Part shown: in pieces, positions 13,301-25,300 of the stretch | Position numbering within the stretch: position 1 is the stretch's first letter | How the letters are laid out: the number at the start of each line of letters is the position of its first letter | NCBI GenBank assembly: GCA_963924565.1 | Contig: OZ004613.1 | Coordinates: 21,142,001-21,206,000 of the forward strand | Direction of reading: 5' to 3' | DNA from: Ascidiella aspersa | Lineage: Eukaryota | Length of the DNA: 64,000 nt | Position numbers and translations under genes: made by a program | The notes under the pieces: model-generated | Seen by the model: only the letters and a program-made list of their open reading frames with translations | Database searches by the model: none | Told to the model about the DNA's origin: nothing

Positions 13301-16300
13301 GCGTTGGTATCGGGTATCGGTTGACAAAAAATGTAAAAAATACCTCTATCGTTCCAGAAAAGTGATATCGGTTGATCTCTAATCCTTTGTACAGTTAATC
13401 TTAAACTGTTTATAAAAACAGATAAAACATAAAGTCATTTCTTAAATTATAACAGAACTAGATGACATTTTATTGTCTGCGGGATATTTCTTATTACCTA
13501 ACGTGTTTCAGCTCCTTTGTACAGCTGGAATAAATTATATATGCCGATATTGGTTGAAACCTTAACAACTTCTTTCTATGTCGTTATTTGTTTTCAGGAT
13601 GAATGCGGAGTAAACGCCGGGACGTTCAAAATATACATAAAGTCGAATCCTTGCGAGACCCTCGGCGTGGTTTGTTCCCGAACAGTCACCGTTCAACTCG
13701 GGGTAATGGCAACACATTTATAGGCAAACATAACACATCAACGCATTTTGTCTTCAATCCATAATTAGTTCAAAATTGCATTTATTTTACACTAATCGGC
13801 GCTACGTTGCAACGAAGTGGTTCATTATACATGAATACGATTGTAATTCTAACCATTATGTGTTAATATTTTTAAATGATTTAAAATACCCACAGTCCCA
13901 CAGAAATCAAATACTTTAAACAAAATAGTCCAATAACTTGCATCGCCAAACCAGTGTTTTTTACAGTATTTTATCGCCCCGAACGAGAATTTATGCGGAA
14001 CGGTATAAATATTGTTAACGTTCATATAATATAGTTTGGGGAGGACATGGACTGGCTTCCAACCGCTGTTCACCATTTAGACCTCCATCAACTGTACCAG
14101 ATGGTCGTGACTAAAAGCAGTCTAATTCGGTGGTAAAATATATCAAATATAAATAAACATGACCCAAACACTGGCAAACTTTAGAAAATTAGAAGCTTTA
14201 AAGGTGCAAATCGCCAAATAATAAACCAATTTTGCGGTGTTAGCAACACATGTTTGAGATAATCCAAAGGCAGACACTAAGCGTTGCATAGGTGCAATAA
14301 AAGCACTGTACAAAAAGCTAAATATTGCAGTAGACCCCGAGGGCCCTTTGCAGTAGAGCATGCAGGAAGAATTGGTTGGTTTCTCTCTAGAGAGGCGCCC
14401 CCCTGGTTAGAACTCACTGACCTAAAAAACGATTTAAACAACCATTTTTTAAGGAGACAAATATTGTACAAGGCAGCGTCGTATTATTAATACCTTCCTA
14501 TTTTGGGATGTTTACTGGCCCACAATTAAATTGTCTGCAATCGGTATGGTGAGTGTGTCGGACTAGAATTTTATTTAAACGCGACGTAACTCTTGCATTG
14601 TCTTATACTTAAACGGGAAAACACAGCGAAAGGGTCAATTTCTTTTGTTTCCAGGTTAACCAGATTGTGCTACATCGGGGTCACCCGCCCGACGAAACCT
14701 CTCTGGCCAGTTCCAGCGGAGTCGACGTTTTCTACCAGATCTCAAAGCACGGCTTTTTCGTTGTTATCGAAACCGCGATCGGACTGACTGTGTTTTGGGA
14801 CGAGGGCACTCGCATCTACGTGGAGCTGGCCAACTTTCACCAGGTAACTTTGTTGAAGCGAATCCAGCGTTCTCGAAGTTTATTATTTCAGTTTTGTTGA
14901 TATTGATATTGCGTATTACGGAAACAACCTGGAGTAAACTTCTTTACAGTCTTGTAGTTTTTGTTTCTAAAACGATACTATACCTCGGAAAATTTGTTTC
15001 ACATTTTTAAATAACTTAATTTCTACATACCCATGACCCACGATTCTTTCGATAAGACAATTCCTCCCTGGAACGAATTTCCTCCCTAAAATTGAAAATT
15101 CCTTAGCTCACTTTGAGTACCACTGCTTTATTCATTTCATCTCTTACAAATGTCTTACTAAAGTGTTTCCGTTGAAACCTGCATTCCTTCGCAGGGCAAG
15201 GTGTGCGGCCTGTGCGGAAATTACGACGGCGATGAGAACAACGACTTCCTGATGCGGAGCCAGGACGTGGCAAGCGGTAGTAACGAGTTTGGCAACAACT
15301 GGCGCCTGATGGAGTCCTGTCCGCAAAGCAACTTCAACAAGTCGATCGACCAATGCGACGAGCACCCCAACCGGAAGGCCTGGGCCACCAGAGAGTGCAA
15401 GATTATCGAGGGCGACGCCTTCAAGGAATGCAGAGAAGAGGTAATTTTGTTACACCAAATTGCAGGAACCCTATACTTCCTTTCGGATGCCAAGCGGTAC
15501 ACAAAGTGTCCTTAAACTATATTAATATAGGCGAACCGTAAATAAAACAATGGAAAACTTCAAACAATAAAAAGCGGCCAACGTCTAAAAAAGGGACACT
15601 TAAACGTAAATTTTATGCATTTAAGACCACTAACAAAATTGTGTTGCAAACAGTCGATGATGTTACTAAAACGTTTAGTTTATTATGTCTGTGAGAATGG
15701 AGATGTTAACCCAAGAACAAGTTAATGGTAGATAATAATATGCTGCAAGACAGGATTTGGCTTAGAGTTAGTATAATACAATGGGTCAGGGGTTCTTAAT
15801 CTCTTTTTACCGCGGACCCGTAAATAATTTTTTGGCTTCGTGTGGACCAGTATTGGCACCAATTTTTAGAGATGCTGACGTCATAAATTTATGTCACAAT
15901 ACAAATGGAGACTTCAGAAATCTACTGTTTCCGGTACGAAAATGTACGAAAATGTGAAAGTGAAAGAAGTCTTAACCATATTCAGTAAACAATGTTTTAT
16001 TTTTAATAAAACTCTTTTCTTTAAAAATTGATTAATTTTTAAATAAAACACCAATAGTTCAATTCGGCTTTCGTGGACGCCCTAAAGCTACTTCACAAAC
16101 CCCCAAGGGGTTCATGGACCCCAGTTTAAGAACCTCTGTAATAGGTGAACTCTACGCTAAATGAGTGAAGTAATAGGTCGAAGGAGAAAATTTTTGACGA
16201 CGAAGTAACGTCTCTCTTTCTTTAAGAAAACACCCGCTTTCACTAAACGCGCTTTAAATTCGTTTGCCAGGTGGACCACAAGAAGTACATGGACCACTGC

Positions 16301-19300
16301 ATGTCGGACTCGTGTGGGTGCGATGCTGGAGGCGACTGCGAGTGCTTCTGCAATGCGGTGGCGGCATACGCGCATGCCTGCGGTCAGGTCGGCATCTTCG
16401 TGGACTGGCGTACACCCGGAGTTTGTCGTAAGTGTACTGTGCATATATTGGCGCAGCGGAACACCGCGTTTTATCGATTTACTTTCGGCCTTGTATCCTA
16501 CATATTTATCACGCAACAGACAAAACGATGCTTGCAACACAGATTCCGAATTGGCAGAAATTCATTTCTTATCGCTGTGCCCAATCCCAATACAAATGTC
16601 AAGTTTTTTATTGAAGAAATGCCTGACCTCATACCTTACTGATGACAGTCCAATTTAGCAAGACCAAGCGTCATGCTTTGTGAATGGCAACCTTAAAAAA
16701 TCAATAAACACAGAAATAAATATGCCACGTCGCGTGGTTATGCAACTGTTTATGCGCTAATCAACTTTTACAGTTCGCTTCCATACTGTATCTCCAGTAT
16801 GGTGTACCAACAAAATCGGTTTAGTTTTGTTCCTCCATTAGGCATATCTAACTAGTTAATCTCACCTGGTGTGTTAAGCGGATTTTTATTTCGAATGTCC
16901 GTAGCGACGATGTGCGAGCTTTACAACAAGAACGACACGTGTGAGTGGCATTACGAGGTTTGCGGCACTTCGTGTCCCGACACTTGCTGCGACCGAAACA
17001 ACCAACACAACTGCGGCCTGCCCTGCCTCGAAGGATGCCATCCCAGATGCCAGTTCGGATTCGTCTTTGAGTAAGTAACAGTAGTGAATAGCATAACGCT
17101 CTTCCATCGTTCAAGGAAGGCTTCAAGTTTCCTAATACTGTCGTTTGGTTTGCAGAATAGAAAATAAAAATAATTCACCAACCGGCAAAAGTGGCATAGT
17201 GTGGAAATGTAAAATGATCTTGTTGAGTGTTCTTAAAGGCTTTCGGCATGCCACTGATAAACTGTTGGGATTTAAAGGTGTTCGCAGTTATGGAAGCGAT
17301 TTTAAAAGCTAGTATAAAGCAAACTTGAACTTGATTAGCGATTAAGTTTTTAGTACATTGAACGCATGTAACTCGTTTTAACGATGTTTATGTCCTGCTT
17401 AGGGCTTCCAAATAAGTATTGCGTGCCCATAAAAGTAGTTGTTTTAACATTAAAGTCGATTATTCATATGATTTCAGTCAGGAACTGCAGATCTGCATAC
17501 CGGATACCGAGTGTCCAACGTGCCCAGCAACTACTACCATTGTAACCACTACGGCAACTACTGTTTACACCACCACCGTATCAGTGTCGAGTAAGTTTAT
17601 ATATTAAGGAAAGTCTTTATTTTGTACAACAAAAAAAAAACGCATGGAAAACCTTAAAAAGTATTTCAATATGAGGTTCTGTTTAACAGTATTAGTTAGT
17701 GAGGTTCATTTAACTTCGATGAAAGTTTTGCACAATTAACGTCTGTTGTCTAACGGCATATGTGTTTTGACGAGACATCTTGTTGTTAATTTTCAAAAGT
17801 AAACCTAAATTATTTTTTCAGCCACAGCAACATCAGTTGCAACTACGCGTGTTACAACCGCAACAACAACCCAAGCACCAACCACCACCCAAGCACCAAC
17901 CACCACTCAAGCACCAACCACCACTCAAGCTCCAACCACCACTCAAGCTCCAACCACTACTCAAGCACCAACCACCACTCAAGCTCCAACCACCACTCAA
18001 GCTCCAACCACTACTCAAGCACCAACCACCACTCAAGCTCCAACCACCACTCAAGCTCCAACCACTACTCAAGCACCAACCACCACTCAAGCACCAACCA
18101 CCACTCAAGCTCCAACCACCACCCAAGCTCCAACCACCACTCAAGCACCAACCACCACTCAAGCACCAACCACCACTCAAGCACCAACCACCACCCAAGC
18201 TGCAACAACCCCGTTTTCCGCCGTTTTGCCGCAGTGCAACAATTACTGTGTGGACGACGAAGGAGTGCACATTCCTGTGCGTTTTTGTTCCGTTTGTTTT
18301 AGTCAGTCTTCTTTCACTAAGAGTATAAACATGTAGGGTTTTAGTTTACAAGAGTATAAAAATGTAGGGGTTTTAGTTACGCGGTCCTCAATTATTATCA
18401 TTAAAATGATTTAAATTAAAATATATATGCGGCCCATGCAACATTAGCGGGAAGTTAACTATGCTATGATCCCGGATTACAAATATTTTTTTTTTACTTT
18501 TAAGATGTCTTTATGCAGTTGCTGCGAGGCATAGTGTACTGAGGAAATGTTTCTCTGACAATTTCTGACCATCCGCGTGGGGCGTCGAAACTTTCGCCAA
18601 ACTAATTTTTTTCCGTGATGAAGACATCGTATGGGACCTCAAAACGTCGTAAACATAAAACAGAAATTGGCGGAAAAATTATATTCTTTAATCCAACACA
18701 CAAGAAGCATTAAAGTACTAGTTTAAAATTGTGCAGGCTTGGCTAGTAAAGCCTAGTGTTGGCCCCTCCACACGACCGGTTTCAAATCTCGGAAATAACG
18801 TTTAGGGACGGGGTGATTCTTCAAAAATCTACGTGTTTTTTCATTTGGTGTGAATTTTATTTTAATATTCTTATTATTGATTTAATGAATCAGGTGGCAG
18901 TCTTACGACTGAACAAAACCTTTTGTCGTGACACCATATACAACGAGTAACAAACTGTTTTCAGGAACTACACGTTAGCAAAAACTGAATAGTGTACACT
19001 GGCAAGAATTTACATCAAAACCCCTGATGTGTAATGTGTCCCCCTTAGCGTGCGTTGTTAAGGGTCGATGTTTTCCCACGCAGGTTGGCCAGGTGTGGTT
19101 CAGCGACCTGTGCCAAACGCAGGAGTGCAGTTTCTACGGCGACTCGTGTCCTTCGATCAAGAGCAGCGTAGTGACGGCGAACGTGAGCAGCACCTGCGTG
19201 CTTTCCATTTCTTGCCCGATCTACAAGCGATCACAGTCAATCGTTCACGCCGACCCGGCCGACGATCCCGACGTTTGCTGCGACGAGCTGGAGTGCAGTA

Positions 19301-22300
19301 AGCCGTTTAGGTTTAAGTCCATCACACTGCTGTCTTAACCCTACGGCGGTGTCCAGGGCCGTATTAAGAGTTCTGTAGGACTAAGGCTGTTTACTACAGA
19401 AGGGCCTAATTTTGCAAACCAAGCTTTATTTACTCACACACAAGGCACATATTGACTCGACTCAGTCAACCTGTATCACTAACAGCCTTAGTCTTACAAA
19501 AAATGTAACCTCCAAAAAATTAAGGACTTTTTCCAGGGCCTAAGTCTATAGCCTTAGTAGCCTAATGGTTAATCTGGCCCTGGTGGTTTCATACACAAAT
19601 CAATAAAATTAGTACCGGTACTTTTAGGACGCGAAACTTTCACTGATAAGCGCAGTATTTTTAAGCTCACGAAATGAGAATTAAAGAGTCAAGCATATTT
19701 AGTGGTCATTCCTTCAACATCATTTCTACTAATACGTGTTCATTGGAGAGATTTTGCTTTGTGAAACGATTCCTAGGTCAATTTATAGCTGTGTGTTTTT
19801 CAACAAGAAACGTTGTTTATTTGAACAATTTGACAAGAACGTGGGCCAGTCATTTCCATATTTACAATATAAAATCCACCTAAAATATGTTTAGTTTAGA
19901 TTTAAAGTAGACATTTTGATACAATTTATAAATGTTATGAATATATACACATTTCTTGCTCTGTATAACAACACAGAATGTTAGTGTAACTATAATTTGT
20001 TAAAGTTTTTTATAATTGGAGGCTCCGTTATTTTGTACATTAGGCTGCATATATATACCAAATACGGGCCTATTTTGTATGTTTTTAATTGGGAAAATAG
20101 CCTATACATGTTTTTTTTTTTGTTTTTTAATGTGGTGTACTATTTTGTTGAGTTAGTGTTCTTAAATTAGCATTAAATAAACAAGAAGTCAATGAAATTT
20201 AACGAGGGTATGTTTGAATAATTATTTAAAGTTGCTTTTTCCCCTAATTACAACTATACTTCACGATTTTGCCATGCACTGGTTATGTTATTGTCACACA
20301 ACATAACTCCTTTGCTACTTCCTTCAAGCTAGACCGGTGTTATGTGTATTTACAGAGTGTTCCCCGGACTCTTATCTGAAGACAATTTGCCCGGAATGGA
20401 ACACCACCGTCATTTGCACCATCTTGGAAAAGCAGACCTACGTGGGAGTTTACCCAGACACATATGGCTGCTGTCCAGACTACGAATGCGGTAGGTCATC
20501 AAACTGTTTTTTGCGCGAGATGTTCTTTATTTGGGAGACTTAATAGTATACCCTGTGAATTGCTTTTGGCCTCCATTTTAAATTGCAATTTGTTATCCAC
20601 AACAGTCTAGATCAGGGATCCCCTAACTATAATTGTAAGGCATAACTATCGCGGGCCGGATAACTGTAAAGATTGCCAATGGCCAGTCGGGTATGTTTTT
20701 TGTCGAACTTTTATTACCTTGATTATCGTTAAACGAAGGAAATGTAGAGAACTATGCACCAAAAAAACTGTAATGCGCTATACGAAATTGTTGTTTACTT
20801 CATTAAAATTTAAGTTGGAATTGCAAAATTTCACCAGAAGTTTATCGTCATTAAGGAAATATTCCACGGGCCGGTGAAATAAGACCGCTGGCCGTAGTTG
20901 ATAACCCCTGGTCTGGTTATCAATAAAGCTACAGTTTTCTTCAACAAGGTGTGTTTGTTGCAGGACTTAACGCAAAATTAATGTGTAAGCGAGGTATGGA
21001 AATTAAAATAAAAAACTCGTTGCTCGAATCTATGGTGTTTTCTTTTTGAAAACGCGTGTATTAATCTCCCTCTAAACGAGTGCTTCTTAACCAGGGTTCT
21101 ATCGTCCTCTATAACATTGTCCCACAGCCAACTTGATTTTTATTATGCATTGTTTTTTTTTAAATGGGCCATGGCCTCTCCCAAACTATGTTTTTGTCAA
21201 CTTTTAAAGTAAATGCAATTATATGCACTCCGCACGAATTTTCCCTATATGATGTATGTTTTTGTCTGTTTTAAGAAAATCTATTTAGTCCGTAAGCGCT
21301 ATGCACATTATGGCATGTTGCGCCGTGTCTCATAACCACTTTAAAGTGCAATTTATGTTAATTTAAAAAATAAATCCCGTAATTTCACGCTAAATTAAAA
21401 TATCTTTCATGTCCTTTTGCCAATTTAAGCCAAATAAAAGGAAAATTATCAAATGATTACATACCGGGTTTTAGATGCATATTTGCGCACGGGTTCACCA
21501 GAAAACAACAGGTGTTTTCAACATTAGTTGACTTTGTGAGGTCATTCCTGAAAACTTTTATGACCTTTTTAACAAAATCCTGGATCCGCCCGTTTTGAAG
21601 GCAAGCGTAGAAGGAAGAAACAGTTACTGAGCGAAAACTTGGGGTTCAACGAAAGTTTGCAGAATAACATAGGGGAACTACTGCCCTAAACCATCTCTTT
21701 TTTAGTATGCAAGCCCGACTCGGAACTGGCATCTTTGTGTCCTGATTGGGATAAACAGTGTCCTCTAGGACACAAACGATTTCCCCTTCCTGACAATTCG
21801 TGTTGTCCGATGTACGAATGTCGTTGCAACGATTGCGTCATTAATGATACCTACATTCTGGCGGTAAGCTTACGATTGACAGCCAAATGTTGCTAGTTTG
21901 ATTATTTATATCCCTTTTATTGTAAACAACTGTCTGTTGAATAAATTTAGTCTTTATAGATTTTTATGGCATTATAATTGGAAAGCTATAACGTATCTGA
22001 TTAAGCTAAGTAAATACTGAGCCACATAAACTGGGGGAAAATAACAAATGTTTGAGTCAACATAATAGACATTCGAACATATTTTTTTATCTTGTTTTTT
22101 ACTGATACCGCTCCACAAATTTATATTAATGTACGATTTAACCTGCTGGAAATACGAAAAATTATCATATTAGTGGTTTATTTTACGCTATACTTTAATT
22201 AGTTCTTATCGCGGTCCTTTAAATGAGAAAAAACATTCAATAAAGGAAAGATAAACCGAACGTTGAATAACAATTATAATTACCAAAGGAGCTAATTTTG

Positions 22301-25300
22301 ATTACTAAATAGAGAAACCGGTGAAATATTGAAATTACATTTTAGCTTAAACAACACAATAACGTTTGTTTCAGGGATGAGTAAGGACGCCTCAAAAAAA
22401 ACTTCTTATAAGCGGTACAAGTCGAGTTCTTTGTAAACTTGCAGGTAAACGCAAAGTTGGCGATAGACGATTGCGTGACACTGGTGTGCGACCCCGCTAC
22501 TCAGGTGGGCTCCTGTCCAACAGTCAGTGTCTTCAAGAACTTCACCAGTTACTGCACCACTCCGTCCTCCAACATTTGCACTCAGTTCGAAGAGTTGTAC
22601 GAGGTAAAGATACGCAAATGGCAAACAGATATTTTTGACTATACAGATCAACATTTTTGAGTTGCACTTTCCAATTGAAAAACGTTGTTTTGCTGTCTCA
22701 AAGACACAAATAGGTATAAAGGGTAAACCAAAAGTAGGCTTACGGTTATTCCACAGCGTTGGCTTGGAAGACAAGGTAGCATTGAATCGTTCACCTGACC
22801 TGACACCAATGGATTCCTTTTTTGTGGGTGTTGTAAAGAACAAGGTGTATGAGAAGAAACCCAAAACAATAAATTTACTTTTAGACCCAAACCCTACTTT
22901 TTATAACTGCAAGCCTACTTTTGGCCGACTCTGTATACCAAATGTTTTAATTAAAATCTGTCTAAAAGATTTGTTCAAGGATAATTACTCTTAATAATTG
23001 TTCACCCAACTTTTTTCATTAAGGGCTGGATAAATTTAAGGCCTGGGCATCACGGGCCGGATAACAGTTAGGATTTTCGATCGCGGGCCGGATGTAAAAT
23101 TTTTTGTCAAACTTTTTGTTAAACGAATGAAATGTAAACAAATAGGCAATATACACTGTAATGAGCATTAATAAATTGTCGTACTTAAATTTCTTTAAAA
23201 TGTTCTTTTAAATGGCGTTCGACGACATATCAAGTGTAGGCCTACTTCATTTTTAATAAAAAAATATTCCGCGGGCCGGGTAAAATGACACGTTGGGCCA
23301 GATCTGACTCGCGGGCTATAGTTGTTTGATCCATGCTCTAAATAACAATTACACATATCGACCTCAACGTTGGTTTATAGGAAACGTACCTCGACCCGTC
23401 GGACGACCCCAATGTTTGCTGTCCTGAGTTTGAGTGCAGATGTAATACGACGGTGCTGAGCTCAACGTGTGCGCAGTGGTACGATCGCATGGATTGCTCG
23501 ACCTACCAGAAGATTAAACCGGAATCGTACTACCACGATTCGTCAGAGTGCTGTCCTGTGCTTTCTTGTGGTAAATTGCGCAACAAGACGCGAATGTGTT
23601 AACAGGATTTTAAACGAACACATTTAGGCTAAATAGTCATATAAACAACAAAGTGTGTTTTAATAACTAATTTAATTTTCTTTATCAGTTGTATTCGATT
23701 TCATTTTTGTACTAAACTGTGGCACTATTAAAATCTGCAAACTATAAGCTGTCAGTTTCCTTAGTTATATTTGGCAAAAAGTTTTCTACAAATCCTACAA
23801 AGTTTAGTCGTTTGCCCCAAATGGTTTGTAAATAAATCAACCCCCATGTTAAAACAGGCCTAACTAGCTAGTTGCCCACTCTTTTTCTTTAAAAATATGA
23901 ATGTTTTATTCTATTTTTTTTATTTGTATTTTTTATTTTGAAATATTAATGTTTTATTTTACTTTTTTATTTTAGAATGTAGGGATGATCTGCATGACGT
24001 TTGTCCTCAATGGACAGACTTCAAATGCCCTGGTTTGAACGAAACGAGAAAGTTTCGCGGCTTTACTGACGACGGATGTTGTCCAAACTATGATTGCGGT
24101 TTGTTGCAATATAACGTTTATTTAAAATTACCTACCTCTTTAAAGTATGCTCGAATCGTTTTATTTGTGTGAGTGGTAGCGTTGAAAGAATAAAATAAGA
24201 GTTTTACCGCTTTAGATATTCAGGAGTCTTAATTTATTGCATATAGCATTTAGGAACAGCAAGCCCAAACCTTACGCCTCTTTTCATTTTAGAAAAACCT
24301 CCTTGTTTGGACTTGGAAGGAAATCCTTTCACGGTAGGTGTTATTTTACATTACAGACTTGCTCTTTTGGTTACATGGCTGGTAAATTTTTGTTTGATCT
24401 ATAAAAAACCGGCATATTAATCAAGGGATGTTTATTAACCTTTAATTGGACAATATGTTTACGTGGTTTGCCTAAAAAAAAGTGATCTTTAAGTATGTCT
24501 AACGAAATATCCCTGAAAAAGTTATAAAAAATATCGCAATTTGGATTTATTTTTGTTGTAAAATACATCGCGGACCAACAACATGCAGCAAACTTATTAA
24601 GAATGTTTTAAGTCATCAGTTTTATTTTACGACTGTAAGCCCTCATAGTTGAATATCTATATTGGTTATTATGAATTAATTACCCCTGCTGTGTACGATT
24701 GATTTTATTTTTACATGTTATTTGTTCTATTTGGATTTTACTTAAACTACATTTTTTTACTGAGAAACAATGCGCCAGAGACGTTACAGATCTACACCAT
24801 AACGGGGCATCTAAAACGGGGAGCCTTAGTAAACCTGAGGATACCAGTTGACGTTATGTACAAATATGCAACTATAATCTTCGTTAAAATACACCCATGA
24901 GATAGCGGGATTGTCTGGTGAAAAAGGTACACAGTATATAGTAAAAAAAAATTTTTTTTAGCGGTTCGGCACCTGCAAACATATTTTACCGCAACGCTGT
25001 ACCGGCAGCATTTATTGACCGTAACGCCGCTTCGGCTTACTTTCGCATCTGGTGGAACGACGCATAAACATTTTTCAGTTGTTTCGGTTTTATAAATTAG
25101 GTGGAGGTCGTGCTAAAAACAAAATGCATCCGACCTCAATACGACAGTCAATAGAAATTTAGGTACAGTCAAAACAAATGTGGTTTAAACATTTTAAACT
25201 ATATTTTAATGTTAATTTTTTTACGAATTTTTAACTGAATCGTTTGATTGACTCAAGTTGTGCGTAAAACTCCGAAGCTATGCCACTGGTATAACTTGGC

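Noticed and set aside
17780-18328. ORF-track proteins (HQPPLK)n on + and (GGWCLS)n on -
   Set aside because: These are alternative frames of the 18-bp repeat. Splice phase and synonymous variation support the TTTQAP frame.
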